This document shows positions 29,353 through 39,972 of a stretch of DNA of 64,000 nt, piece after piece; the stretch's first letter is position 1, and every line of letters begins with the position of its first letter. The position numbers and the translations under genes were made by a program. Source of the stretch: an uncultured Planctomycetota bacterium (GTDB lineage Bacteria > Planctomycetota > Planctomycetia > Isosphaerales > Isosphaeraceae); the NCBI GenBank assembly GCA_963845755.1, contig CAWJTV010000020.1:512001-576000 (forward strand). Direction: 5' to 3'. The notes beneath the pieces are model-generated. The model was not told the origin of the DNA and searched no databases. It saw nothing but the letters and a program-made list of their open reading frames with translations.

Positions 29353-31585
29353 TCACAACTTGAGCCTCTGGGGCACCATTGGCATCGAGCGGAGCCGGAT
29401 GCCGACGGCGTCGAAGATGGCGTTGCCGACCGCGGGAGCGATGCCGACGATCGGGGTCTCGCCCGCGCCGGCCGATGGTAGGTCCTTCCGGTCGAGCAGG
29501 ACGACCTCGATCTCGGGCGCGTCGCGGAACCGCGGCACGCGGTACTTGGAGAACTTCGGGTTGAGGATCTTGCCATCCTCGAAGGCGATCGCCTCGGTCA
29601 TCGCGCCGCCGAGCCCCATGACGAGCGCGCCTTCGACCTGGTTCTTGAGGTGGTCCGGGTTGATGACGGCCCCGCAATCGAACGCGCTGACGGCACGTAC
29701 GACCTGAACGCGACCGGTGGAGCGATCGACGGATACTTCGGCGCAGGTGGCTACGTAGCCGCCCTTATCCAGCCCGGCCGCAATTCCGACGCCCCGATCC
29801 GCGCCGGTCTTCCGGCCCCAGCCGAACGCCTTGGCAGAGGCCTCGAGTACCGCACGGATGCGCTCGGCCAGCTCGCTGCGATTGAGGTTCTTCAGCCGGA
29901 AGTCCAACGGGTCGAGTTGGATGGCATGAGCCAATTCGTCCATGTGCGATTCGCGCGCGAAGTGGTTAGCCGTGGCTGCCAGGGCCCGATAGGATCCCTG
30001 CCGCAACGGGGCGTTCGACGCGTGGAACGCCGTGACCAGATTGGGCACCTGATAAGGGGTGTGCATCCCCGCCATTCCGGAGTTGTAGTTGTGGAATTCC
30101 CAGGCTGTGAGAGTCCCATCCTTCTTCACTCCGCTGACGACATCGATGATGCCGGCGGGGCGGAAGTAAGCCCAGGTAAACTCTTCCTCACGGGTCCAGA
30201 CGACCTTGACCGGCCGGCCAGTTTCCCGCGCCAGGCGTGCCGCCTCGACGGCCGCCTCGACGGTGTGCTTGCCTCCGTACCCGGAACCGGTGTCGGGTAC
30301 GATGACGCGCACGGCGTTGTCGGAGAGACCGAAGGCGCCGGTCAACTCGCCACGCACCCGGAACGGTCCCTGCGAACCGGTCCAGACTGTCAGCTTGCCG
30401 TCCTCCCAATTCGCGACTGCCGCGCGGGGCTCAAGTGGGGCATGGGCGATGTAGGCAATCGTATATGTCTGATTGAGTCGGACATCCGCGGCCTTGAGGC
30501 CCGCCTCGATCGAGCCGGTCGGAGCACCGGATCCGCCGAAGTTGCCGCCACCTCCGCGCCCTCCCTGACCCTGTCGTACGGGCTGCTTCAGGATCGTGAA
30601 GAGGTCTTTGCCAGAGAGGGCGGGGCCGGGCTTCCATTCGGCCTTGAGTGCGGCCAGTGCGCGCGATGCAAGGTACTCGCTAGGCGCGGCGACGCCCACG
30701 AATTCTCCGTCGCGAACGACAACCACGTCCGCCATGGCCTGGGCCGCGCGGGCGTCGAGAGCGCTCAACCTCGCACCGTACGTCGGCGGGCGCAGCACCT
30801 TGCCATGCCACATGCCTGGTAGCCGGACGTCCGAGGCGTACTCGTGCTTACCTGTGACGAACGCGCGGCCGTCAACCTTCGGCACGGAGTGGCCCGCGAC
30901 TTTCCAATCATCGGCAGGTGTGGTTGGGGCTTGGTTGGAGACGGTCTTCGTGAGCTTCTTGCCCTGGGTGAGCTTGCCGAAGGGGAGTGTCTCCTTGGTT
31001 TTCGTGCGAATGACGGCCCCGTTGGTGGTTGTCAACTCGGTTCGCTCGACCTTCCAGATTTCGGCCGCGAGGTCGATGAGCAACTCGCGAGCCGCGGCCG
31101 CCGCGCCGGAGTTGCGGCGACATGCTGGGGGTGGTCCGGCTGCCAAATGTGCCCTGATCGAAGGGGGTCAGTTGGGTGTCGGCCATGACCATGTGGATCG
31201 ACTCGATTGGGGCGTGCAACTCCTCGGCGACGACCTGGCTCAGAGACGTCCGAATGTTCTGGCCCACCTCCGCCTTTCCCGTGTAGACCGCGATCTTGCC
31301 ATCCTCGCCGATGTGCAACCAGGCGCCGAGGTCGTGCGGCGCGGACTGGCCGCCGAAACCTCCGCCGCGACGACGCCCTCCGCCGGGAGGCTGCGCCTCC
31401 GCGACATCAGCATCTCGATCGATCAAGCAGAGGACGAGAATGCCTCCGCCCATCGCTTTCAAGAAGCCGCGACGATCCAGGTCGAAGCGGTATGCCGGAC
31501 CTTCAAAGAACTCGTAGCGCTCGGGTTCGATTGGGATGTCGAGGTCGTAACCGAGTTCGGGAGTGATGCTGGTTCGCTCGTTCAT
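29353..31585 (-). CDS. Xanthine dehydrogenase-family molybdopterin subunit (isoquinoline 1-oxidoreductase beta-like); frameshift ~31110
   Basis: Tat-like DRRGFLK; TGKAEVGQ; AHAPLEPR; GSGYGGK; WTREEEF; NQVEG; GAGETP..APAVGNAIFDA. Confidence 0.9.
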
Positions 31586-32061
31586 CGGCTGACCTCCTTC
31601 ACAGCGAGCGCGGCCATGCGAACAGCGGCGATGATCCGCGGATAGGTCCCACATCGGCAGATATTCCCATCCATATACTCGACGATCTCCTGGCGGGTCG
31701 GGTTGGATTTCTCGCGCAACAACGCGACGCCGGTCATGATCATGCCGCAGGTGCAGTACGCGCACTGCATGGCGCCGGCGTCGAGGAAGGCTTGCTGGAG
31801 CGGGTGCAGCTTGCCGTCCTTCTCGAGGCCCTCAATGGTAGTGATCTCGCGCGCGGCAACCGCGCCGAGCTTGGTGATGCACGACCGGGTCGGCGCACCG
31901 TCGATCAGCACCGTGCAGGCGCCGCATCGGCCTTCGCCGCAACCGTACTTGGCGCCGGTCAAGCCGAGGTCGTTGCGGAGCACGCCCAGCAGCGACCGTT
32001 CGCGCTCGGCGTCGACCCGGACCGTCTTGCCGTTGATCCGCAGTTCTTGGACTTCGGCCAT
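31582..32061 (-). CDS. (2Fe-2S)-binding small subunit (IorA/CoxS-like)
   Basis: TGAKYGCGEGRCGACTV; QCAYCTCG; GNICRCGTY; stop overlaps the start of the large subunit. Confidence 0.95.
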   Translation of the reverse strand: MAEVQELRINGKTVRVDAERERSLLGVLRNDLGLTGAKYGCGEGRCGACTVLIDGAPTRSCITKLGAVAAREITTIEGLEKDGKLHPLQQAFLDAGAMQCAYCTCGMIMTGVALLREKSNPTRQEIVEYMDGNICRCGTYPRIIAAVRMAALAVKEVSR

Positions 32062-32523
32062 GAGGATTGTCCTGTTCAAGAGGAGTGATTCCCAGGGAGT
32101 ACAGCACTCGGGCGGGATCAGGAGACTTGCGTCCAGCGCGACGCCGTCTACGAGTTCTTCAACCGCCGGCCGCCAAATACCACGCCGGTAGCAGCAGCCA
32201 GACCAGAAGCGTCCTCGACAACCTCACGGTGCGTCCTCCCTTCGTGGATGTCCATCAATCGTTCGGGCGATCCGACAGAGCCATGCCTGCGCGACAGCAC
32301 ACATTCCCGGACCCGGTTCGCGGAACTGAGTTCACTACTCATCATAGCGTCGGGATCGCCGCTTTCGATCCACTCGAGATTTTGATGGGTTCTTGCCAGA
32401 CGCGGGACCAGGTTCGATAATCCACGCTGGACCGCTGGGAGAAGCACTCCGGTGGCAGCAGGTCAGTCATTCCGCAAATCCAATTCGATCGGTGTCGCGC
32501 CCCAGAGTACAGGGAGCATCGTC

Positions 32524-33309
32524 ATGACGAAGCGGCTGGTCCTTTCCTGCATCGCACTGTTCCTGACATCATCCCTCGTCTCCGGGGATCAGAAGCCGGA
32601 TCCCGAAACCGACGCCCAGCGGATCAGGCGCGAACTGCTGGGCACATGGGATAGCGTACTCCCCCCCGAAGCGCCGCCGCAGTACAGCCACACCAAGCTC
32701 GTCACGCCGACACGTTTCACTTGGGTGACCTACGACCGCGAGAAAGAGCAGATTCTGGCCGTCGCGGGAGGGACCTGGACCTTTCAGAACGGCAAGTATC
32801 GCGAGGTTTGTGATTTCGCCAGCGAGAGTCACCAGCATCTGCGGGGCGAGAGCCACACGTTCACGATCGCCCTCGCCGAGGACAAGTGGGACATCAAGTT
32901 GGATGGTGCAGACATCAGGGTGGGTCAAGCCTGGAATCGGCTGAAGCCGCGTGAAGGTCAGAAGAAGAACACGGAGAAACCTGGGCAGGAGTTGACCGGT
33001 GCGTGGGAAAGGGGTCTGGGACCGAACGCCCCCAATTCGGCCAGGATCGTCAAGTACATCACGCCAACGCACTGGACCTGGGTGATCTACGACACGGAGA
33101 AAAAGGGGGTCGTGGCCGCCATGGGCGGGCCTTGGGCCTTGAAGGGCGACAGATACGTGGAGACCGTCGCGTTCACCACGGACAATTCCCGAGGTGCGCG
33201 GGGCAGCACGAACCCCTACGGATTCGAGGTCGATGGTGATCGATGGGTCATCAAGAGAGGGCCGGGTGTTCAAGGCGCTGCGGAGGAGGAGTGGACCAGA
33301 GCGAAATGA
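32524..33309 (+). CDS. Secreted protein with two tandem lipocalin-like repeats
   Basis: Signal peptide; ELLGTW..KLVTPTRFTWVTYD..AGGTW..KYRE versus ELTGAW..KYITPTHWTWVIYD..MGGPW..RYVE. Confidence 0.75.
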   Translation: MTKRLVLSCIALFLTSSLVSGDQKPDPETDAQRIRRELLGTWDSVLPPEAPPQYSHTKLVTPTRFTWVTYDREKEQILAVAGGTWTFQNGKYREVCDFASESHQHLRGESHTFTIALAEDKWDIKLDGADIRVGQAWNRLKPREGQKKNTEKPGQELTGAWERGLGPNAPNSARIVKYITPTHWTWVIYDTEKKGVVAAMGGPWALKGDRYVETVAFTTDNSRGARGSTNPYGFEVDGDRWVIKRGPGVQGAAEEEWTRAK

Positions 33310-33400
33310 GCCGCCAAGGCTCAATCGGCCGGCTCGCACCGTCGCTGGGGCTCCGAGCTCAAGTTGTCTGGCCCAACGTTGGGGCGTTCGTCCCACTCGG

Positions 33401-34426
33401 CTATCGCTTGACGGCGAGGACGGCGTCGAGCGGCGACGGAGTCTTTGCTCCGAACACCTCGGAAAACCCGACCTGCTCCATCACGGCTTCGTATTCGGCG
33501 AGCGTCCGTTCCTTGCCCTCCGTGCAAGTCAACATGTTCAGATTCTGCATCTGAGCCCATCGAGGACCGCGCTTGTCTTCGTCGAGAAGCTTTTCCGCGA
33601 TGAGCAACGCCCCGCCGGTCGGAAGCCGGTCGTAAATGCGCCTGGTGAGGTCGAGGACCTTGGGTTCCGACCAGTCGTGAAGGATGCGCCCGAGGGCGAA
33701 GAGGTCAGCCTCCGGCAGGGAGTCCACGAAGAAATCGCCGGCCGCGATCTCGATTCGATCCGAGACCGGCGACGCGCCGATGATCTCGCGAGCCAGGGGG
33801 AGGGCACCGGGGAGATCGAAGACCACGGTGCGCAGAGTTGCGTAACGCTGGCAAGCAGCGATCGCCAGGTGGCCGGTCGCACCGCCGAGGTCGACCAGCC
33901 TGCGAAACCGACTCAGGTCGAAGGCCGCCACGACCTGTGGCGAGCTGATCAGTCCGTAGCCGTGCATCCCCATCAGGAATTCACGCAGGGCGTCGTCGGT
34001 CCGGAAGAAATGCGAGAAGATCGGGCCGTCCCATCCGAACGTCTGCTGCCAGCGATGAGTCCCCTCCCGGATTGCCCCCTCGAGATTGGCCCAGAGTTTC
34101 CACATCACGTCGTTCGAGTAGCCGATATAGCCGGTCAGCCGGGATGGGGACCGCTTGCAGAGATAGGTCGAGGCAACCGGCGTGTTCCGATAAGCACTAC
34201 CTTGACGATCGAGTAGCTGCAAGCCGACACACGCGTCAAGAAGGCGCTCCAGTGCGCCGGGATTCAGCTCGTGCGCTACGGCCAGTTCGTCCAAGGGCCT
34301 TGGACCGTCCTCCAGTGTGTCAAAGATCCCCAGAGAAACCGCGGCGAACATCGTCTTGGAGCGACGGAACGCTTCGAGCAGATCGAGGATCACACTCGGG
34401 TCGGGCTGCGAACCGGTTGGCATCAC
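33401..34426 (-). CDS. Class I SAM O-methyltransferase (acetylserotonin O-MT-like)
   Basis: Dimerisation domain; LVDLGGATG; GDFF; RILHDW; GKERT. Confidence 0.92.
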   Translation of the reverse strand: MMPTGSQPDPSVILDLLEAFRRSKTMFAAVSLGIFDTLEDGPRPLDELAVAHELNPGALERLLDACVGLQLLDRQGSAYRNTPVASTYLCKRSPSRLTGYIGYSNDVMWKLWANLEGAIREGTHRWQQTFGWDGPIFSHFFRTDDALREFLMGMHGYGLISSPQVVAAFDLSRFRRLVDLGGATGHLAIAACQRYATLRTVVFDLPGALPLAREIIGASPVSDRIEIAAGDFFVDSLPEADLFALGRILHDWSEPKVLDLTRRIYDRLPTGGALLIAEKLLDEDKRGPRWAQMQNLNMLTCTEGKERTLAEYEAVMEQVGFSEVFGAKTPSPLDAVLAVKR

Positions 34427-34467
34427 GGGTTGTTCCTCTCTTTCGGCAGTGCCCGCTGCGAATAAAC

Positions 34468-34854
34468 TTATACAGGATCCGGAGATGTTCCGGCGCCATC
34501 AATTTCAGCGACTTCTCCCCCTTCGGGTCCATAGAAAAAGACCCAGACCACCAGATCGTCGGTGAATTCCTCGAAGCGATGCACAAATCCAGCCGGGACG
34601 AACAGCACATCGCCCGGCCCAAAACGGTGGCGGTCCGCCCCGTTGACGAACGATCCCTCGCCACGCACCACCACATAGACCTCGTCCCGTGAGTGAGGCT
34701 GCTGCGGGTTGACGCTACGGGGAGCATAGAGCTCGACCGACAGCGATCCGTGCTCGAACGCCACGACGAACCGTTGGCCCCCGGGCGTCGGGAGGCGATT
34801 CAGCCAGTCGCCGAGAACGCCGTGAAAGCGAGCCTTTGGAGCAGCTTGATCCAT
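34468..34854 (-). CDS. Cupin domain protein
   Basis: QQPHSRDEVYVV..G.G..GPGDVLFVPAG..HRF. Confidence 0.88.
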   Translation of the reverse strand: MDQAAPKARFHGVLGDWLNRLPTPGGQRFVVAFEHGSLSVELYAPRSVNPQQPHSRDEVYVVVRGEGSFVNGADRHRFGPGDVLFVPAGFVHRFEEFTDDLVVWVFFYGPEGGEVAEIDGAGTSPDPV

Positions 34855-34866
34855 GAGCGATCCCGA

Positions 34867-35271
34867 TCACGCCGAAGTTTCACCTCCCTGAGCGTGCTGG
34901 GCAAACACGATCAGGTTGCCGGCCGGCTCCCGGACTCCAATCTCGGTCGCACCGTAGAACGTCGTCCGCCTCGGGACCACCAAGGCCCAGCCCGCGAGCC
35001 GTCGCTCCACGTCGTCGATGTCCGTGACCTCGACATACATGGCATTGGGAGACGTCGATCCTGAGACGGCCGCCGCGAGGGACGGCATGTCCTTCTTGAG
35101 GCTTTCGCGTGATTGATACATGATCTCGACGTTACCCCGCGAGAGGATCACGAATCCGAGAACGTCTCCCTCCGGGACCTCGACGGTCTTCTCGAACCCC
35201 AGTCGAGCGGTCCAGAAGTCCAGGCATGGCTCGATCCGATCGACCACGAAAACCGGCGTCAGCTTCTTCAT
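34867..35271 (-). CDS. VOC/glyoxalase family protein
   Basis: LTPVFVVD..FW..LGF; MYVEVTDID; TFYGATE..VREPAGN. Confidence 0.88.
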   Translation of the reverse strand: MKKLTPVFVVDRIEPCLDFWTARLGFEKTVEVPEGDVLGFVILSRGNVEIMYQSRESLKKDMPSLAAAVSGSTSPNAMYVEVTDIDDVERRLAGWALVVPRRTTFYGATEIGVREPAGNLIVFAQHAQGGETSA

Positions 35272-35349
35272 GGTGAATGCTCCACGTCCTCGTACATCGA
35301 ACCCCGACGTGCAAACTGATCGTGTGTATATCCAAACCTGGCGGGGAAA

Positions 35350-35853
35350 TCAAGTCATGGGATGGATCCGGGCCTGGTGCTCCTTGCGCAAGGCGACGAT
35401 CAGGTAGATGACGATGCCGACGTTGAGCACGAAGATCGCGATTCTGAGGGGGCTTATCCTGTGAGCGAGTTCGTAGATCTCGAATGGGACGAGTGAGCTT
35501 GTGGCCAGGATCACAAGGTAGCCGGCCCAGTCTTTGCCGAGAATCAAGCCGGTTCCTTCGACGAGGTGGAGCAGGGCATAGAAAAATGTGCCCGCCTCGA
35601 GGGCACGGAGATGGGCTCGGTCGATGCCGGTGATCCCCGAAAGCACGGCGTGGATGACGTGGTGATTCGGATCGAGTCCAAGGTGGGTGATGAGCCGCTC
35701 GGCCGCCGCGCCCGGATCGTTGCCGAGGAAGCGGAAGACGCCGATGCCGACGATCAGCGCCATGGCACCACTGAGCAGCTTCAGGATACCGATGACCTTG
35801 AAGCCGAGTTGCCCGGGTTTTGCCGAGTTCTTCATTATTTGTCTGCCATCCAT
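35350..35853 (-). CDS. DUF2127 family membrane protein
   Basis: IGILKL; YALLHLVEGTGL; WAGYL; LVPFEIYEL; LNVGIVIYL. Confidence 0.85.
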   Translation of the reverse strand: MDGRQIMKNSAKPGQLGFKVIGILKLLSGAMALIVGIGVFRFLGNDPGAAAERLITHLGLDPNHHVIHAVLSGITGIDRAHLRALEAGTFFYALLHLVEGTGLILGKDWAGYLVILATSSLVPFEIYELAHRISPLRIAIFVLNVGIVIYLIVALRKEHQARIHPMT

Positions 35854-35964
35854 TCGCCACGGAGAAGGTGAACACGACAAAGGATTGAGAACTGGCATGC
35901 CGGCCCCAGGAGCCGTAAGATCGAATAGACCGTGGTCCCGATTATAGCCGAGGAGGAAAAAATC

Positions 35965-36207
35965 GTGTCGCATGCGACTTCCCAACTGCTCGATCAGACC
36001 CTGCATTTGTCGGACCAAGATCGCGGCGACCTGGCTGCTCGGCTCATTGATCGCCTCGACCCGATCCCGGACGATGAGGACGTGGACGCGGCCTGGGCTC
36101 ACCAAATCCGAGAGCGCCTCGACGACCTGGACCATGGACGGGTTCGGACAATGTCGTGGGCCGAGGCCCGCCGACTGATCGCGGAAGACGCGGATCCGGG
36201 TACCTGA
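35965..36207 (+). CDS. Addiction module component (TIGR02574-type putative antitoxin)
   Basis: AGGAGG RBS and GTG start; L.LS..DR..LA..LID.LD....VDAAW..I.ERL.....G.V....W.EAR. Confidence 0.82.
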   Translation: MSHATSQLLDQTLHLSDQDRGDLAARLIDRLDPIPDDEDVDAAWAHQIRERLDDLDHGRVRTMSWAEARRLIAEDADPGT

Positions 36208-36278
36208 AGCGGCGATCGCTCTAACCTTATAATCGAGAATCTCAGGCTCAGGTCGCAGCCCAGGCGGTGCGCAATCAG

Positions 36279-37049
36279 TCACTCAAACCGCAGATGCATG
36301 ACCGACTGCCCCGAATCGCGGAGCTCAATCAGCGAATCGATGCCGATCTCCAGGTGCTTCCGCACGTACTTCTCGGTGACGGCCTTATCGCTTCGGCTCG
36401 ACTTGACGCCCTCGGGCGTCATCGGGTTGTCGGAAACGAGGAGCAGCGCTCCCTTGGGGATGTGGTTGACGAACCCGACGATGAAGAGCGTGGCGGTTTC
36501 CATGTCGATCCCCAGGGCCCGGATCCTCTTGAGGTAATCCCGGAAGGACTCGTCGTGCTCCCAGACGCGCCGGTTGGTCGTGTAGACGGTGCCGGTGGCG
36601 TACTCGAGCCCGTGCTTGACGATCATGGCCGAGACCGCCTTCTGGAGCCGGAACGACGGGAGAGCCGGGATCTCCGGCGGCATGTAATCGTTGCTGGTCC
36701 CCTCCCCCCGGATGGCGGCGATCGGCAGGATGAAATCGCCCACCCGGGTCTTCTTCAAACCGCCGCACTTGCCCAGGAACAAGACGGCCTTGGGCCCGAT
36801 CGCGGCGAGCAGGTCCATCACCGTCGCTGCCATCGCGCTGCCCATCCCGAAGTTGAGGATCGTCAGGTTCTCCGCGGTCGCCGACTGCATGGGATGGGCC
36901 CGACCCAGCACCTCAACGCCGAACCGTTGGGCAAACTCGTCCACATAATTATGAAAGTTGCTCAGGAGAATGTACTCGCCGAACCCATCGAGCGGCCGGC
37001 CGGTATAGCGGGGCAGCCAATCCTTCACGATTTCGGATTTCGTCTTCAC
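36279..37049 (-). CDS. amn: AMP nucleosidase (short Bacteroidetes/planctomycete type)
   Basis: KTKSEIVKDWLPRYTG; NFGMGS; LFLGKCGGLK; IRGEGTSNDY; TTNRRVWEHD; IDMETAT. Confidence 0.9.
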   Translation of the reverse strand: MKTKSEIVKDWLPRYTGRPLDGFGEYILLSNFHNYVDEFAQRFGVEVLGRAHPMQSATAENLTILNFGMGSAMAATVMDLLAAIGPKAVLFLGKCGGLKKTRVGDFILPIAAIRGEGTSNDYMPPEIPALPSFRLQKAVSAMIVKHGLEYATGTVYTTNRRVWEHDESFRDYLKRIRALGIDMETATLFIVGFVNHIPKGALLLVSDNPMTPEGVKSSRSDKAVTEKYVRKHLEIGIDSLIELRDSGQSVMHLRFE

Positions 37050-37078
37050 GGATTCGCGTTCCTCGGGAAGAGGCATTT

Positions 37079-37801
37079 TCAAAGTTCCGGCTGGTCGGGC
37101 AGCCGATACCTTTGATAGTCACGTCCGCGCGGGTCGCCCTGGATGTGATCCATCATGATCGGCTCGCCGACGAGGATCACGCTCGAAGAGACGGTCCCGC
37201 GCTCGGTGCCGGGGATGATAATCTGATCGTCGCGGCCGATCCGTCCGGCCGAGGCCAGGAAGTTGCGCGGGGCCAAGTGGGAGGCGACGAACCGGATCCT
37301 CGGGTCGTCGTCGGCGTCAAGGTCCAGATTCGTCATGGCGTGGATTCCCGGCCTCAGCTCCGCAACGGCGACCCGCGAGGCGCCCGGGGCCTGGACGACA
37401 AAGGCGGCCTCCTCGCCGGCGATGAGGTAGTTGCAGCCTCCGAAGCCTCCGCGGGCCAGGTCGGATCGGGCGTACTGCGACGCCTCGGCAGGGTCGTCGA
37501 ACCCGAGCAAGTCGACGGCCAGCAGCCCCTTCGAACGCGTCTGAGCTTCCCAGGCGAGCTCTCCATCATTCCGGTTGGTGACCGCGACCGCCATCCCCGA
37601 TTCGTTAACACCCAGCCAGGTTCCCATCTGAGGGAGCGTCCCGTCCGGCCCATGGTCAGCTCCTGCCAACAGGACGCGCAGTGACCGGACCCGGCAACAG
37701 ACCGGCGACGTCACCGGACGGTGCCGCGACTCCTCGCGATTGGCCCCGATCATCACGGGGAGGCAACCTTCGATCCGATACGCGATGAAGACCAAGCACA
37801 T
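37079..37801 (-). CDS. NRDE / TANGO2 family protein
   Basis: MCLV...ANREE..RP; GTWLGVNE.G...AVTN; SKGLL; GTVSSS. Confidence 0.85.
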   Translation of the reverse strand: MCLVFIAYRIEGCLPVMIGANREESRHRPVTSPVCCRVRSLRVLLAGADHGPDGTLPQMGTWLGVNESGMAVAVTNRNDGELAWEAQTRSKGLLAVDLLGFDDPAEASQYARSDLARGGFGGCNYLIAGEEAAFVVQAPGASRVAVAELRPGIHAMTNLDLDADDDPRIRFVASHLAPRNFLASAGRIGRDDQIIIPGTERGTVSSSVILVGEPIMMDHIQGDPRGRDYQRYRLPDQPEL

Positions 37802-38106
37802 CGTTCCGCAATCCGTGCCGCCTTGACTTTGCAAGATCGCCGCCAATCCTACATCATGGCGAAAATGATGTCATTGCCAAGAGCAGGTGGCGAGAGAGGA
37901 TCCGGATAACACTTCCGACTTCATAGAAGTTGAGAGCGTGAATTCCCCCTCACCCGGCCCTTGACAGATCTTCTCCCGACCGCCGGTTGGCCGGCTCGAC
38001 CGGGCTGAGTCCGAATTCGAGCTTGATGCTTCGGCTGTTCCGGACGATCGTGGTTAACTCTACAATGGTCGTGTCAGGGTCGTCTTCCGTGAAGAGGAGA
38101 AATACA

Positions 38107-38604
38107 ATGATGTTCAACGATCACCAGTGGATGGCAACTTGGAGTCTGGCGTTTGTGACGATGTCGATATGGGGGGCGGCCCCGAGCCAGGGGCAGCCCG
38201 AACGCGAGGATTCGGTCGGTGCCGTCCGCACAGTCCTGGATCGCCAAGTCGTCGATTGGAACAAGGGAGACCTGGACGGGTTCCTCAGTGGTTACTGGAA
38301 CTCGCCAAAGGTAGTCTTCCAGTCAGGCGGGCAACGGTACGACGGATGGACGGCGATGCGGGATCGTTATCGTCGCCGATATCAGGCGGAGGGCCGGGCG
38401 ATGGGCCGACTCGAGTTCTCGGCACTGGACATCGAGCCACTGGGCCCCGAGGCCGTCCTGGCCAGAGGGCGTTGGCGGTTAACCATGCCCGACGGCACCA
38501 AGCCCGGCGGCCTCTTCACGGTCATCTTTCGCAAGCTTCCGGACGGGTGGAAGATCGTGCACGACCACACCTCCGCCGATGAAGCCAGGACGGCAAACCC
38601 GTAG
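38107..38604 (+). CDS. NTF2-like YybH/DUF4440 family exported protein
   Basis: WNKGDLDGF..GYWNS; MGRLEF; GLFTVIFRK..GWKIVHDHTS. Confidence 0.88.
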   Translation: MMFNDHQWMATWSLAFVTMSIWGAAPSQGQPEREDSVGAVRTVLDRQVVDWNKGDLDGFLSGYWNSPKVVFQSGGQRYDGWTAMRDRYRRRYQAEGRAMGRLEFSALDIEPLGPEAVLARGRWRLTMPDGTKPGGLFTVIFRKLPDGWKIVHDHTSADEARTANP

Positions 38605-38681
38605 GGCCGTTTCACCCGACCGGAACAGGCGAACTGCTCAGCCGGTTCCGGCGGATGGAGCCGATCCTACGGTGCGGATGT

Positions 38682-39257
38682 TCACTCGGGCACAGCGACC
38701 TTGCGGCAGCGGATGATTCCCGCCAGGACGAGGCCGGCGAGGAGCCAGCCGACCGACTGGTCGATGGCTTCAGCCGCCGTGAAGTCAGCCGGGAAACCAT
38801 ACCAGTTCCAGTACGGCACGCTGATGGTCAGGAACCCGAAGACCCCGAGCAAGGTGACGAACAGCACCCGTCCCCAGTAGCCCGACCGGACCGACGTCAG
38901 CAAGAAGGCAGCCAACAGTGCGGAGACGACGTTGGTTGCAAGCTCGGTGCCCAACTGGCGGGGAGACATCGCCTCTCCGCCGGACGGCTGCACGATCAGT
39001 ACGCCCACGGGGCCCTTCTTCACCTTCTCCATCCAGACCCGCTCTTCCGATTCCGAAGCCTGCTTGCTCATGTCCCTGCCGGGGAAGAAGTAGAAACCCG
39101 GCTCGCGGACCGAGTCGCGCACCGCTCCGATCACCGATTCTTCGTTGGTGATCTGGTGAACGCCCATTTTCCCGAGCGGGAGTACCATATGCGAGAACGC
39201 CCCCCAGAAGAATACGACGATCCCCGCCAAGAGCCCGCCCAGCACGACTTTGGCCAT
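38682..39257 (-). CDS. Hypothetical 4-TM membrane protein
   Basis: GGAGG-like RBS; GGLLAGIVVFFWG..HM..PG.YFFP..YWNWYGFP pattern. Confidence 0.75.
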   Translation of the reverse strand: MAKVVLGGLLAGIVVFFWGAFSHMVLPLGKMGVHQITNEESVIGAVRDSVREPGFYFFPGRDMSKQASESEERVWMEKVKKGPVGVLIVQPSGGEAMSPRQLGTELATNVVSALLAAFLLTSVRSGYWGRVLFVTLLGVFGFLTISVPYWNWYGFPADFTAAEAIDQSVGWLLAGLVLAGIIRCRKVAVPE

Positions 39258-39457
39258 GGTTTCCCCTCCCATCCTGGAGTTCCGAGACGCCGGGATGCGT
39301 CCCCGCGTCAAGTTGCCGGGCGTCGCATCCGTTGCGACCCGGCGATCATGCCCACAGAATCGCTCTAACTCGTAAGATCGGCTGAGACTGGTGGTTTTCT
39401 GCACACGATGATCGCCAAATTCTCCGATGCCATGCTGACGTGCAAGCGGAACGCTGC

Positions 39458-39972
39458 TTAATTGTGCCCTTTACGGTAAGCGATAAGGCGATCACCGCGC
39501 CTCAGATGATAATTCGTCAGCGGGTCACTCAGGTTGACAGGTAGGCACAATTCCGGCGCCGAGGCGGACGCGGGACGTACCAGTCGAATGTGGTTCGGAT
39601 CGGCGCTCGTCAACAAGCCGTTACATTCCCCGATCGCATTTCTGACACTCAAGTTCCGTCCGAGCGTTTCGAGGGCACCCGGATAGACCACATCTCCTAA
39701 CGCGGCCTTCGGCCGCAACCCCATCGGGATTCCCGATTCGCGATTCCGGATTCCCGAAGGGGAATGATCCGGGAATCCGGAATGTCGAATCCGGAATTCG
39801 GAATCCCCAGAGGTGCGCACGGCGGCAGGGAGCCTACGGAGGACGACTCTAACATATAACAGCGACTCGCCACACGCTGTGATTTGTAGAATTCAGGGGC
39901 CATCACAGCCAACGGAATCGCCAGCATCAGAATCGTTGAAATAAGTGTTCGTATGCGAAATTGGTTCTTCAC
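39458..39972 (-). pseudogene. SLBB / polysaccharide-export-like gene interrupted by composite repeat copy 2
   Basis: 5' part (KNQFRIRTLISTILMLAIPLAV) and 3' part (LGDVVYPG..AIG..NGLL..AD..IRLVRPA..LPVNL..TNYHL..GDRLI.YR) lie in different frames either side of the repeat. Confidence 0.5.
39697..39807 (-). repeat. Composite repeat copy 2 (inverted relative to copy 1)
   Basis: AACGCGGCC-TTC-GGCCGCAACC at ~39699-39720, then gggattc ccgattc gcgattc cggattc / gggaatc cggaatg tcgaatc cggaatt cggaatc. Confidence 0.8.

Noticed and set aside
29353..32061. Missing FAD subunit in the xanthine-dehydrogenase-like pair
   Set aside because: Two-subunit IorAB-type enzymes normally lack the flavoprotein, so this is not unusual.
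32148..32447. 99-aa minus-strand ORF starting LLPAVQ as a DUF1559 remnant
   Set aside because: The match is limited to six residues; there is no GFTLIEL and no downstream DUF1559 motif.
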